From a virus (taxonomy: Duplodnaviria > Caudoviricetes): a stretch of DNA of 62,141 nucleotides. Shown in pieces: positions 47,166 through 56,932 of the stretch. Every line of letters starts with the position of its first letter. Position 1 is the first letter of the stretch. The notes beneath the pieces were generated by a model. That model ran no database searches, was not told where the DNA came from, and saw nothing but the letters and a program-made list of their open reading frames with translations. The position numbers were made by a program, and so were the translations under genes. The DNA is taken from the IMG/VR virus record IMGVR_UViG_3300020057_000042, positions 1 to 62,141 of that record. The stretch is one strand, 5' to 3'.

Positions 47166-48929
47166 TTGCAACTACCTTCCAATCGTCGGCGTCCTTCGTT
47201 GACGGCGTCCGCTGCGCGCCCTTTGACGGCTGCGGCTACGCAGATCACGCGCTCGATCGCGAACCAGCAGTATGTCCTTCGGCTCGCGGCACCGTGGCAA
47301 ATCCGGGCGCTGTATTACGCGACCGCGATCCCCGAACTGAAATACGCTTCCAACTTCTACGCTCGGATGCTTCAGAAGATCCGCATTTACCCGGCGATCC
47401 TGCAAGACGACGGGAACCTGAAGCCGATCGAAGAGGGCTTGCCTTTGGAGTTGCTGAACCGGATTCAGGATCCGAGTGGAGGCAGAACGCAGATCCTGAC
47501 GATGTACGGCCAGTTGAAGTTCATCACCGGGGAATGCTATTTGTTCGGACGCAACATCGGGGGCAACGAAAAGTGGTCTGTGGTTTGGCGAGAGGAACTG
47601 CGTTTCGACGAGGCAGGCAAGGTCACGCATGTGATCGCCCCTCAGATCCCGATGGACGTGTTCCGCCTGTCAGACAACCATTACGAGGAGTTGCCTACAG
47701 GCTCGGCGGTTGCATACAAGATGTGGACTTCGTCGCCGAGGTTCTCGGGTTGGCCTACCTCTCCGATGGAAGGCGTGATGGAGATGGCCGAAGAACTGCT
47801 CGTGCTCTCCCAGTCGGTTCACGCGACAGCCACGTCAAGGCTCGTCAAGTCGAAACTGCTGTTTTTGCCTTCGGAGATGGAGCCTGCGCCGCTCGACACA
47901 AACGGCGACGAAGACCCTGCTTCCAGCCCGTACTTGCAGGATCTGACGCAGCACATCGAGAACGCGATCGACAACCCTGGGATCGCAGGATCATTGGCTC
48001 CGTTCATCACGTTCATGGACGGCGACCTGATCGCGTTGATCCGTGACATCAGTTTGCATGACCCGACGACCGACTATCTGGAGAAGGATTTGCGCAAGGA
48101 ATGCATCGAGCGCATCTCCTACGGTTTGGATTTGCCGCCCGAGGTGATCGAAGGAATGTCCGGCTCGAACCACTGGGGTTCGTGGATGATTACCGAGGAC
48201 ATGTGGCGCTCCCATGGAGCACCGATCGCGGAGCAGTTCTGCGACGACATCGGGGAGGCGTATTTGCGCCCAGCGTTGCGAGACGCGGGATACGACGACT
48301 GGAGAGAAGTTGTTGTTGCCTTCGACGCTTCCGCTGTGGTTGTCAACCCCGATCGTTCCAAGGATGCGGATGCGGCGATGGACCGAGGCGAGTTGTCGGG
48401 GTTTGGCTACCGGAAGATGAAGAACATCCCCGATGAGTGGGCACCCTCGGATGAGGAACGGCGGATGTATCTGGCGATGAAAGTCAAGAACAGCACGGGC
48501 GGCGAGATCGCGTCGGACACGGGTGAGAAGCCTCCTGGTGAACCCGGTGACGTGTCGGAAGGCAACAACATGCCTGCCTCGGCGTTCCAGGGTGCTGCTG
48601 AACTGGCGCTGCATCGTTGTCGAGAGCTTGCCGGATCGAGGATCAGGTCGAGGCGCAAATCGTGTCCTGGCTGTCTCGATGAGGTGCAGCACATTGAGAA
48701 CGGCCTCGTCGCCTCAGCACTCGGAGTGGAAGGACTCATTCCCCTCGGAGCACCTGATCCGCTGGAACTCGTTGCCGGTGGAGCGGACTCTTTCAAGTCG
48801 CTTCTGATGGGATGGGGGAATAACGAGTCGTCGGCTGCGGCGGTCGCGAAGATGCTGGAGATGCACGCCGCCCGCACCCTGTTCCATGACAAGCCCCCGA
48901 AGATCCCTGCGAGCCTGGAGATCGTGTGA
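47166..48929 (+). CDS. Portal protein
   Basis: 587 aa; GECYL and LDLPPEVIEG..NHW motifs as in actinophage portals. Confidence 0.85.
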   Translation: MQLPSNRRRPSLTASAARPLTAAATQITRSIANQQYVLRLAAPWQIRALYYATAIPELKYASNFYARMLQKIRIYPAILQDDGNLKPIEEGLPLELLNRIQDPSGGRTQILTMYGQLKFITGECYLFGRNIGGNEKWSVVWREELRFDEAGKVTHVIAPQIPMDVFRLSDNHYEELPTGSAVAYKMWTSSPRFSGWPTSPMEGVMEMAEELLVLSQSVHATATSRLVKSKLLFLPSEMEPAPLDTNGDEDPASSPYLQDLTQHIENAIDNPGIAGSLAPFITFMDGDLIALIRDISLHDPTTDYLEKDLRKECIERISYGLDLPPEVIEGMSGSNHWGSWMITEDMWRSHGAPIAEQFCDDIGEAYLRPALRDAGYDDWREVVVAFDASAVVVNPDRSKDADAAMDRGELSGFGYRKMKNIPDEWAPSDEERRMYLAMKVKNSTGGEIASDTGEKPPGEPGDVSEGNNMPASAFQGAAELALHRCRELAGSRIRSRRKSCPGCLDEVQHIENGLVASALGVEGLIPLGAPDPLELVAGGADSFKSLLMGWGNNESSAAAVAKMLEMHAARTLFHDKPPKIPASLEIV

Positions 48930-51592
48930 GCATCGAGGAGTTCAACCGGCTCGTCGAGCAAGCCTACGAGGCTGCGTTCTCGTTCGAGGTGCAGTTGATC
49001 GAGGTGTACGAACGCGCCTACGCACGGCAGGGGGACCTTGCCATCCATCTGTTTGAGCAGGAAACGGGGATGGCCGCTGCTCGGATTGCGGAAAGAGCCT
49101 CGTTGCGCCTGAAGGCAGACGCATGGACACCTCCGGTCATCCAGACTCTGACGAACGGGATGAGCGAGCAGGAAGTCGACGAGGCCAACCGGGTGCGTGA
49201 CGAAGCCGCAGCCGCGATCATGGCGGTGTTCCTGACGCTCGGGATCACAGGTTTCGCGATCGACTTCATGGAGTCCATTTCCCTGCGAGCGCAAGTGAAC
49301 TTCGAGCAGGAGCTTCTGCGGAACCTACGCAAGATCGTGGCTGACTCGTTCGCGGCAGGCAAGACAGCTGAGGAAACGGCAGTGGCGATCCGCGAGACGT
49401 TTACGAACGTCACTCGCGTCTCATCCGAGATGCTTGCGCAAACAGAGTTGACGGCTCTCGTGAACGAGCGCTCGGTGGTCGCTGCTCAGAAAGCGTTTCC
49501 CGACGGCGTCTCGAAAACGTGGTTGAGTGTCGGTGACAACCGGGTGCGAGCAGCCCACGCAGCAGCAGTAGGGCAGACCGTTCCGATTGACCAGCCTTTC
49601 TCGGTGGGCGGGGCGAGCCTCATGTACCCCGGCGATCCCACTGGGCCACTCCGGCTTGTCGCTCGTTGCAGATGTAGGCTTTCGTACACTGATGAGCCAA
49701 CTACTATCACAGCAGCAGCGCGTCCCGACGTGAGCGAACTGGCGATGATCGCTGTCTACCCGACACCAGATGAGCAGGATGCGATCTCTACCTCTGGCGG
49801 GAATCCTGCCGAGACGATGCACTGCACGATGGTTTTTCTCGGCGAGGTAGCGAACATTGATCTTGCGGCGGCAGGACGAGCGGTGGCGCGAGTGGCGAGG
49901 AACACCGAAGCGATGAGCGGCAAGGTCGGAGGCGTCGGAATGTTCGCCGAGGGGCCGGATGGTTTCCCGTCTCTCGCGATCCCGAATGTCTCTGGACTCT
50001 CGATGCTGCGCGTTCGACTCGTCGATGCCTTGGCGGCAGAAGGTGTTGATTTACCTTCCGAGCACGACTGGGTCCCCCACATGACGATCGCCTACCAAGC
50101 AGATGCTTCCCTACCCGACCTTGCGGTGATCGGTTCGCCGCTCACCTTTGATTCTGTGTCGCTTGTTGTTGCCGACGAACGCACTGACTACACGCTCGGA
50201 ACGCTAGTCGCGTCCGCGCAGGAGGATACCCTGATGAGCATGATTCAGAACGATACAGCGCCCCAAGAGACTTCCTACCTGCGTCTCGGGGACAGCCTCC
50301 AGCCAATCCCATACAACACTGCTACCAACACGAATTTCGCGACCATCACGATCTCGACTGACACGACGAACGAGGATGCACGGATGGGAGTGGCTGACGG
50401 AGCGCCGTGGCGTGCCCTGCTCGCCGTCGAAGGCGTCGTGACTGAAGACGGCAGGATGCTCGCCGAGGGATCGTTGACGTGGCGTGACCTTCCTCTCTCG
50501 CTGATGGCTTTGGACTTCACGGGGCCGGGAGGGCATGAGGGCGCGAGAGTCGCAGGGAGGATCGACAACATTTGGCGGGACGGCAGCGAGGTGTGGGGCG
50601 AAGGTGTGTTCAACACCGACGAGTTCGGGGCGCACATCGAAGAACTTGTCGCGAACCAGTCTTTGCGGGGCAACTCGATCGACCCGGCTGTGCTCGCCTA
50701 CGAATACCGCCATCGTGAGACGGGAATGGTTGTCGAGGGCGACGACCTGATGGAAGCGATGATGAACGACCATCCTCTCGTCACCGTTTTCCTGGAGGCG
50801 ATCATCATGGCTTCCACTGTCTGTAGCACCCCTGCGATCGGTGAGGCGACGATCATGCTCGCTTCCGGTGTGATGCGCACCGTCTGGTTCGAGGAGCAGA
50901 ACCGCGAAGTGATGACGGCTTCAGCAGCGGGGATGGTTCCGCTGCATCCTCCCTCTTCATGGTTCGCTGATCCGAGGCTGAAAGAGCCGACAGCCTTGAC
51001 GATCACGCCGGAAGGCAAGGTGTTCGGCCACGCGGCCCTCTGGAACTCCTGTCACATCGGGGAGCCATCGGGACCGGGCGTGTGTGTGCCGCCTCCTCGT
51101 TCGGGAATGAACTACGAGATTTTCCATCATGGCGCATGTCAGACCGAGGAAGGACACGACGTGGTGGTGGGCCAGTTGACGCTCGGCACCCTTCATGCGG
51201 GTTCCGATCTTGGCTGGAAGGCGACGATGGAGCACTACGAGCATTCGGGCCTTGCCTTCGCCGACGTTCACGCTTATGAAGACCGCTTTGGGATCGTCGT
51301 CGCCGGTGCTCTCAGGCCGGACGTTCCTGCGGAGAAGGTCAGGGAAGCGAAAGCGGGGGCGCTGAGCGGCGACTGGCGGCAGGTGATCGGACGCGGCCTG
51401 GAGTTCCTGGCGGCGCTTGTCGTCAACGTGCCGGGGTTCCCGATCCCGCGTCCTTCCGCTCACATCGTCGCGTCCGCCTCGGGTGAGGAAGAGATCGTGT
51501 CGCTTGTGGCTGCGGGGATGGTGGAGCCGTGCGACTGCGAGGAACAGATGAGTGACCGCGAGTTCCTCCGCAAGATCCGTGCTCTCACCTAA
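48926..51592 (+). CDS. MuF - 2H phosphoesterase - capsid maturation protease fusion
   Basis: KTW..DNRVR..H..YPGDP..CRC (MuF); HCT/HMT (2H); TEDGR and LSGDWR (protease). Confidence 0.8.
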   Translation: MSIEEFNRLVEQAYEAAFSFEVQLIEVYERAYARQGDLAIHLFEQETGMAAARIAERASLRLKADAWTPPVIQTLTNGMSEQEVDEANRVRDEAAAAIMAVFLTLGITGFAIDFMESISLRAQVNFEQELLRNLRKIVADSFAAGKTAEETAVAIRETFTNVTRVSSEMLAQTELTALVNERSVVAAQKAFPDGVSKTWLSVGDNRVRAAHAAAVGQTVPIDQPFSVGGASLMYPGDPTGPLRLVARCRCRLSYTDEPTTITAAARPDVSELAMIAVYPTPDEQDAISTSGGNPAETMHCTMVFLGEVANIDLAAAGRAVARVARNTEAMSGKVGGVGMFAEGPDGFPSLAIPNVSGLSMLRVRLVDALAAEGVDLPSEHDWVPHMTIAYQADASLPDLAVIGSPLTFDSVSLVVADERTDYTLGTLVASAQEDTLMSMIQNDTAPQETSYLRLGDSLQPIPYNTATNTNFATITISTDTTNEDARMGVADGAPWRALLAVEGVVTEDGRMLAEGSLTWRDLPLSLMALDFTGPGGHEGARVAGRIDNIWRDGSEVWGEGVFNTDEFGAHIEELVANQSLRGNSIDPAVLAYEYRHRETGMVVEGDDLMEAMMNDHPLVTVFLEAIIMASTVCSTPAIGEATIMLASGVMRTVWFEEQNREVMTASAAGMVPLHPPSSWFADPRLKEPTALTITPEGKVFGHAALWNSCHIGEPSGPGVCVPPPRSGMNYEIFHHGACQTEEGHDVVVGQLTLGTLHAGSDLGWKATMEHYEHSGLAFADVHAYEDRFGIVVAGALRPDVPAEKVREAKAGALSGDWRQVIGRGLEFLAALVVNVPGFPIPRPSAHIVASASGEEEIVSLVAAGMVEPCDCEEQMSDREFLRKIRALT

Positions 51593-52250
51593 AGTCGTTT
51601 ACCGCATCCAGTCGCACCCTTCCCGCAGGCTGCTGCGTGAACGCCTGCTTGCAGGACTCCCAGAATGCAACGTGCAGGTTGTGGAGCACGAATCCGATCC
51701 CCCTTCGCCCTGGGCTGGTTACAAGGCGTGTCTCCAGTCTCTCGCTGACGAAGACTTCACGCACGCGGTCGTGATCCAAGACGACGGAATCGTCTGCAAC
51801 AATTTCCCGCTGGCGGTAAGCCGAGTCATCGAAGCGGTGCCCGACAATCCCGTCTGCCTGTTCCTGCCGATGGTGTCAGCGACGAAACGACAGGCGATGC
51901 TCGCAGGCAAAGCAGGACACCATTTCGTCGAGCTTCTCCCTCGCGGCTTCATGCCTGTCGTCGGTGTCATCTGGCCGAAGAAGCAGGCGCTCGACTTCCT
52001 CTCCTGGTCAGCCACCTCCCCGGCTCTCGTGCGAAGAAACGGCGAACGAATAGAGCACCGCTCTGACGACGCGATGGCACACCTGTTTGCCAAAGTCACT
52101 CGCGTCAAGGTGTTCGCGACAATCCCGTCCCTCGTTCAGCATCCCGACGACGCCCCCTCCACCATCTCTCGCAAACCCGGAGGACGCACAGCCCTTTTCT
52201 GGCATGGAGATAACTGGGATCCGTTGACTGTTGACTGGGTTTCCCCATAG
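51579..52250 (+). CDS. Glycosyltransferase GT-A fold
   Basis: HPSR, VVIQDDG, SDD and PSLVQH. Confidence 0.7.
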   Translation: MLSPKVVYRIQSHPSRRLLRERLLAGLPECNVQVVEHESDPPSPWAGYKACLQSLADEDFTHAVVIQDDGIVCNNFPLAVSRVIEAVPDNPVCLFLPMVSATKRQAMLAGKAGHHFVELLPRGFMPVVGVIWPKKQALDFLSWSATSPALVRRNGERIEHRSDDAMAHLFAKVTRVKVFATIPSLVQHPDDAPSTISRKPGGRTALFWHGDNWDPLTVDWVSP

Positions 52251-52973
52251 CATCCACCCCCCTTCTTCGGGATGGATAGATCACGAGATATTCCACTGAG
52301 TCCAGAGTTTTGAGGGTAGCGCCCCTTCTACGCATGAGGCTTCGGGTTGCCCAACCTAGTCATCGTGACGCAACGTTCGCGCTCGATCTGCCACAAGGCC
52401 ACCCGCTTGTATCTATTCCCAGAATGTCGGATGCCTGCCCGAAGCCGTACCAGTCAGTCCGGCTCTCTCAGAGGTTTTCGTGGAGGCCGTCCTGATTAGC
52501 CTCGCGGTCCTCGTATGGTGCGGGGCTTTCCGTTGATGTAGGCGACGAACGGAAACTTGGTGTTTTCTGGCGCGACGGTTTTGCTTTGCAGCGCTTCTTC
52601 CTTCGGCTCGTCGCTGCCGGGTTTGCCCACGTCCTTGTAGTGGTAGCGCGTCTTTTTTGAGCGACGTGGGTTTATTGCTCCGGCCGGGAGGACGGTGACG
52701 GTGAATACCTTTCCGCCCCTGATCTCTGTGTGTTCCAAGTGCTCCTCCCACAACGGTTGAACATCACGCTGCGGTGGTACACTCACAACGTGGCTGGCGT
52801 CACGAAAGTAGCACAGCGAAGGGTCTGACGGCAAATCGGTTCTTCGTTCTAGGAAGCGGCTCCCGGATGGGGGCCGTTTCTGTGCCATAATCCGCTTATG
52901 ACGTTCCTCGCTCTGAGGCTAGAACAAACTAGCTAGGGTGGCACTCAATGGTGCCGCCCGAAAGGAGTGACCC

Positions 52974-53267
52974 ATGAGAAGGTGGCACAAGGAACACGGC
53001 CTGATGTTGAGGCGATGGAAGCAGGAGATGGATTTGCACGGCTACGACTGGCGCAACCCTCCCAAGTTGAGCTGCGTCTCAAACGAGCAGGGAGTCGGGG
53101 GAACTTGTCATTGCGCGGCTGGAATCGGCTCGATGCGTAAGCGCACTCCACTTGACTGTGGGAAGCCCAGGTGTGGTACCTGCCACGGGGAGAAGTTCTA
53201 TGCTCCAAAGCGACGTGGGGAAAAAAGGCGAGAGGCAATTCGGTTTGATGTCGCAGCGGAGGGGTAG
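52974..53267 (+). CDS. Cys-rich hypothetical protein
   Basis: AAAGGAG RBS; CGKPRCGTCH. Confidence 0.5.
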   Translation: MRRWHKEHGLMLRRWKQEMDLHGYDWRNPPKLSCVSNEQGVGGTCHCAAGIGSMRKRTPLDCGKPRCGTCHGEKFYAPKRRGEKRREAIRFDVAAEG

Positions 53268-53297
53268 AATCCAAGTACCCCAAGGCAAGGAGGCAGG

Positions 53298-53489
53298 ATG
53301 GCGAAAGCCAAGGTCGGTGACATCGTGAAAGCAGATTTCGGTCAGGGCGTCGAGTACGGTCTGCTCGTCAAGGACGGCGACGACAAGGACACCGTTGTTC
53401 CGCTCGGCAAGGGCGAGGCCCTTGCGTACCGTGAGCCAGCGGACTACGACGCGGCCGGATCGGGCCTCACCTGGCACAACGCCAAGTAG
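53298..53489 (+). CDS. Small hypothetical protein
   Basis: AAGGAGG RBS; followed by a terminator. Confidence 0.65.
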   Translation: MAKAKVGDIVKADFGQGVEYGLLVKDGDDKDTVVPLGKGEALAYREPADYDAAGSGLTWHNAK

Positions 53490-53509
53490 GCGTACCGCCA
53501 GCGGTAACA

Positions 53510-53537
53510 AAAGGGCCGGGAGCGATCTCGGCCCTTT
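53510..53537 (+). terminator. Intrinsic (bidirectional-type) terminator
   Basis: AAAGGGCCGGGA-GCGA-TCTCGGCCCTTT. Confidence 0.7.
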
Positions 53538-53552
53538 CTGTGCCCGAACCTA

Positions 53553-53580
53553 TTGACACGTCCTCAACGGCAGGTACTCT
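53553..53580 (+). promoter_or_regulatory. Capsid-operon promoter TTGACA-N16-TACTCT
   Basis: About 100 nt upstream of the capsid ATG. Confidence 0.5.
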
Positions 53581-53680
53581 GCTTTCAGTAGTCGCGGTCA
53601 GCATGACGCGCGGGTATTAGCCGGGTCAGCATGACCTTCGGCGAGACATGAAACATCCCACGTCTCACTGAAGGAGCATC

Positions 53681-55351
53681 ATGGACACCTTGTTTCCCGC
53701 AGTACCCGAGGATCTCGCCTCCCTTTCCGACGAGGATCTCACTTCCCTCATCGACGAGCACGTCGCCGGTCGCCTGATGATCCGCGAGCAGAACGCCGAA
53801 TTCCTCGGCGACCTGAACGCACTCCAGATCGTCGAGCAGGCCCGCGTCGGCAAGACGCAGCACGAAGCTCTTCTCGCCTACAAGGAGACGCTCGTCGAAG
53901 CCGAGCAGAACTTCGAGGCCGAGATCGCTGCCCTCACCGAGATCGAGGCAGTCGTCGAGGAGCCGGTTGCAGAACTGGCCGCAGACATCGAAGAGGACGA
54001 CGCCCCTGTTGACGGTGACGGTGACGCAGCCGTTGTCGTCGAGGAAGAGGTTGTTGTCGCTTCCGCCCCTGTCCTTCGTCGTCCTCCGGCCCCGAGCCGC
54101 GAGCGCGTCGGCGTCACAGCGGAAGTCGAGACGGGTGCTGTTCTCACGGCAGCCGCGAACCTCGAAGGCGTCCAGGCCGGACAGCCGCTCGATCCCTCCC
54201 ATCTCGCAAAGATCCTGCTTCAGACATCGAAGCGTCTCGGCAAGCCGTCACACGCTGACGGCGGACGCGAGGAGCGCTACCTCCTCGCATCAGCCCAGTA
54301 CCGTTTCCCCGCCGAGAGGATCCTGACGGGCGACATCGAGTCGAACGCCCAGAAGATCCGTTCGCTCCGCAACTCGGAAGGCAACTCCCTCGTCGCTTCC
54401 GGTGGGCTGTGTGCTCCCCTGACACCGCTCTACACGATCCCGCAGTTCGCAACGAACGCCCGCCCCGTCAGGGATGCGCTCGTCAGCTTCCAGGCGGATC
54501 GCGGCGGAGTCAACGTCCCGGTTCCCACAACCCTCGCTTCGGCAGCGGATGCGATCACGGTCATCAGCGAGGCCGACGACGCTCTCGGTGGCACGTTCGC
54601 CACCAAGTCGTGTCTCGATCAGACGTGCCTCTCGTTCGTCGAGACGGCAGTGACGATCATCAGCCACTGCCGCGAGTACGGCAACCTGAACGCAAGGGCG
54701 TGGCCGGAGTCGATCGCCTTCGAGAACGAACTGACGATGGCCGAGCACGCCAGAGTCGCAGAGGGCTTCCTGCTCGACCGGATCAAGACCCTCTCGATCA
54801 ACGTCACGACTGCGAACACCTACTCGACGACCAACGACCTGATCTACGCGATCACACGGGCCGTCTCGGGAATCAGGTATCGGCTTCGCACGTCGCCGGA
54901 CTTCCGCTTCCGGGCGCTCCTGCCGGTCTGGATCGCCGACATGATGGTCAGTGACATCTCGGCAACCCAGTTCGACAGGTTCGTCTCACGCGAGCGCGTC
55001 AGAGGCATTCTGCGTGAAGCAGGAGTGGAGCCGTCGTTCTACCTGGACACGCCGTCCACGGGAACCACGCAGGGCTTCGCCGACGAAGCAGCCGGTGCCC
55101 TCGATGACTTCCCCGACGAAGTGCAGTGGGCGCTCTTCCCCGAAGGCGCGTTCATCCACGTCGACGGCGGTAGTCTGGATCTTGGGCTTGTTCGTGATAG
55201 TACCCTCAATAGTACCAATGACTTCCAGTTCTTTGGTGAAACTTTTGAGAACGTGGCGCGTCTTGCGCCCGCCCAGGCAGCACTCTGGGTCACTTCCACC
55301 GTGTGCCCGAGCGGCGAGTTCCCGTCCCTGACGACGGCGCTTTCCTGCTAG
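53681..55351 (+). CDS. Major capsid protein with N-terminal scaffold-like region (cluster-B hexamer-type)
   Basis: Acidic coiled N-terminus; LVASGGLCAP, RGG and LDLGLVRDSTLNSTND. Confidence 0.85.
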   Translation: MDTLFPAVPEDLASLSDEDLTSLIDEHVAGRLMIREQNAEFLGDLNALQIVEQARVGKTQHEALLAYKETLVEAEQNFEAEIAALTEIEAVVEEPVAELAADIEEDDAPVDGDGDAAVVVEEEVVVASAPVLRRPPAPSRERVGVTAEVETGAVLTAAANLEGVQAGQPLDPSHLAKILLQTSKRLGKPSHADGGREERYLLASAQYRFPAERILTGDIESNAQKIRSLRNSEGNSLVASGGLCAPLTPLYTIPQFATNARPVRDALVSFQADRGGVNVPVPTTLASAADAITVISEADDALGGTFATKSCLDQTCLSFVETAVTIISHCREYGNLNARAWPESIAFENELTMAEHARVAEGFLLDRIKTLSINVTTANTYSTTNDLIYAITRAVSGIRYRLRTSPDFRFRALLPVWIADMMVSDISATQFDRFVSRERVRGILREAGVEPSFYLDTPSTGTTQGFADEAAGALDDFPDEVQWALFPEGAFIHVDGGSLDLGLVRDSTLNSTNDFQFFGETFENVARLAPAQAALWVTSTVCPSGEFPSLTTALSC

Positions 55352-55361
55352 GCGAATAACC

Positions 55362-55409
55362 GAAAGGAGGCTGTGAGATGACAAACCAATTGGCTCACAG
55401 CCTCCTTTC
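55362..55409. terminator. 16-bp perfect hairpin between convergent capsid and HNH genes
   Basis: GAAAGGAGGCTGTGAG / CTCACAGCCTCCTTTC. Confidence 0.75.
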
Positions 55410-55410
55410 A

Positions 55411-55926
55411 TCACTCCCCGAGAGGAACCCTCTTCAACCTCGTGACATGCGTCTTACTCACACCGAACCGCTTGGCAATTGCCCTATGAGTTCCCTCCGC
55501 AAGTTGGATCGCGAGGCGAACGTCATTGGGGATCTTCCGATGAAGTTTCGGATGCTCTGTGGAGGCGATCAACTGCAAATGGTCAAGTCTGATACACGAC
55601 TTGTTGTTGCAAAGATGGTGGAGATGGGTTCCTTCAGGTTGGGGGCCGTGGGCCTTTTTCCAGCGGAGGCGCATGATCCTTCCACTGAATTCCTTAGCAC
55701 CAAGACCTACGGCATACCCGCGATCAATTTTTCCAGTCCACAACCAACAGGTCGTGGCGTATCCCGCGTCGATAACGACGTAACCATCTCGGTAAGGGCG
55801 GTCATTGTGACCTTTCGCGTAGTTCGCAAAGTCACCCTTGCGTTGGCCTCGTTCGGCTCGCGTGTGACTAACGATTCTCGTCTGCTGGCCGCATCCGCAG
55901 TGACATTTTCCAGTAGGGTTATTCAT
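55411..55926 (-). CDS. HNH endonuclease inserted antisense in the head operon
   Basis: CHCGCG, CWLW and HHLCNNKSCIRLDHL; AAGGAGG RBS. Confidence 0.85.
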   Translation of the reverse strand: MNNPTGKCHCGCGQQTRIVSHTRAERGQRKGDFANYAKGHNDRPYRDGYVVIDAGYATTCWLWTGKIDRGYAVGLGAKEFSGRIMRLRWKKAHGPQPEGTHLHHLCNNKSCIRLDHLQLIASTEHPKLHRKIPNDVRLAIQLAEGTHRAIAKRFGVSKTHVTRLKRVPLGE

Positions 55927-56012
55927 GGGACGGCCTCCTTGCGCGAGGTGACCCTTGGGGGTCGAAGCGTTCAGGCGCTTCGACCTCATCATATCGCAGC
56001 GGGGGTGATCTA

Positions 56013-56894
56013 ATGCCACAGGTTTCCGTGGGGCCACCTTTCCCGGCAGACGGCCCGATCCCGCAAGCACCCCCTCACAGCCTCCTCTCGATCCCCGGCG
56101 CGGTTCTCCCTTCCACCGATGACGAGCATTGGCTTGTCGGTGTGGAAGTGTGGCCGTATCCGCCCGACCTTTCCGACACCTTCGATCCGTGTGCGGTGGG
56201 AACGCTTCGCACCAAAAGCGAAGGCGAAGGATGGAACCTTCCGATCTTCGGCCCGTTCACCGCGTACCTGCCGATCACCTGCTCCACGATCTCGGCTGCC
56301 AAAGACGGGTTCGCAGAGAGAGCGCGGCTTGCCTTCAGAGCGAGGGAACAGTACGCGGTGTCATACGAGCTTTCCCACGGTCTTGCGCAGCCGTTGAATC
56401 CGTTCCTTGCCGATGGCAACGTGAGGATCTTGGCTGGCGGTGCTGCCGTTACTCCCGATGTTGGCTTGGCGTATCTGGAGGACGCGATCGGCGCTACCGG
56501 ACAGGCGGGTTTGATCCACGCAACCAACGGCGTTGCCTCCTCGTGGAACGGCTCCTCGGGAGGCTACGGGGTTGAGGACGTTGGCGGTGTGCTTTACACA
56601 ACGGCGAACCGCACTCCCGTCGCTGTCTCCGGTGGCTATGTGGGCGCAACCCCGAGGTATGGTTCGTCTGTTGCTGCCGGACAAGCGTGGGTGTATGCGA
56701 CGAGCATGGTGCAGATCCGCCGCCAATCGGACGTGCAGATCATCGCTCCCACGATCAAGGAGTCAACGGATCGTGCCAACAACATCGTGACGTTCCGCGC
56801 CGAGCGCGGCTACGTCGTCACTTTTGACGCTCCTGCGTCGAACACGGACCTCCGGCCACTGCAAGTCGCAGTGAAGGTGGACTGGTCGCCGTGA
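56013..56894 (+). CDS. Second capsid protein (pentamer/minor capsid-type)
   Basis: PFTAY..CS, GLIHA and AERGYVV; follows the MCP as in cluster-B-like phages. Confidence 0.65.
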   Translation: MPQVSVGPPFPADGPIPQAPPHSLLSIPGAVLPSTDDEHWLVGVEVWPYPPDLSDTFDPCAVGTLRTKSEGEGWNLPIFGPFTAYLPITCSTISAAKDGFAERARLAFRAREQYAVSYELSHGLAQPLNPFLADGNVRILAGGAAVTPDVGLAYLEDAIGATGQAGLIHATNGVASSWNGSSGGYGVEDVGGVLYTTANRTPVAVSGGYVGATPRYGSSVAAGQAWVYATSMVQIRRQSDVQIIAPTIKESTDRANNIVTFRAERGYVVTFDAPASNTDLRPLQVAVKVDWSP

Positions 56895-56932
56895 ACATGA
56901 ACACTCACAACTCCCGAGGGAGGTAGGAAAAC

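Noticed and set aside
52250-52960. Possible ncRNA or minus-strand gene between the GT and capsid genes
   Set aside because: Some hairpins and a basic ORF (52496-52888) are present, but no recognisable family or clear start; not supportable by eye
55378-56013. Plus-strand 211-aa ORF, or an intron in the capsid operon
   Set aside because: Antisense to a clear HNH gene; the flanking capsid genes are intact and no group I/II core was seen
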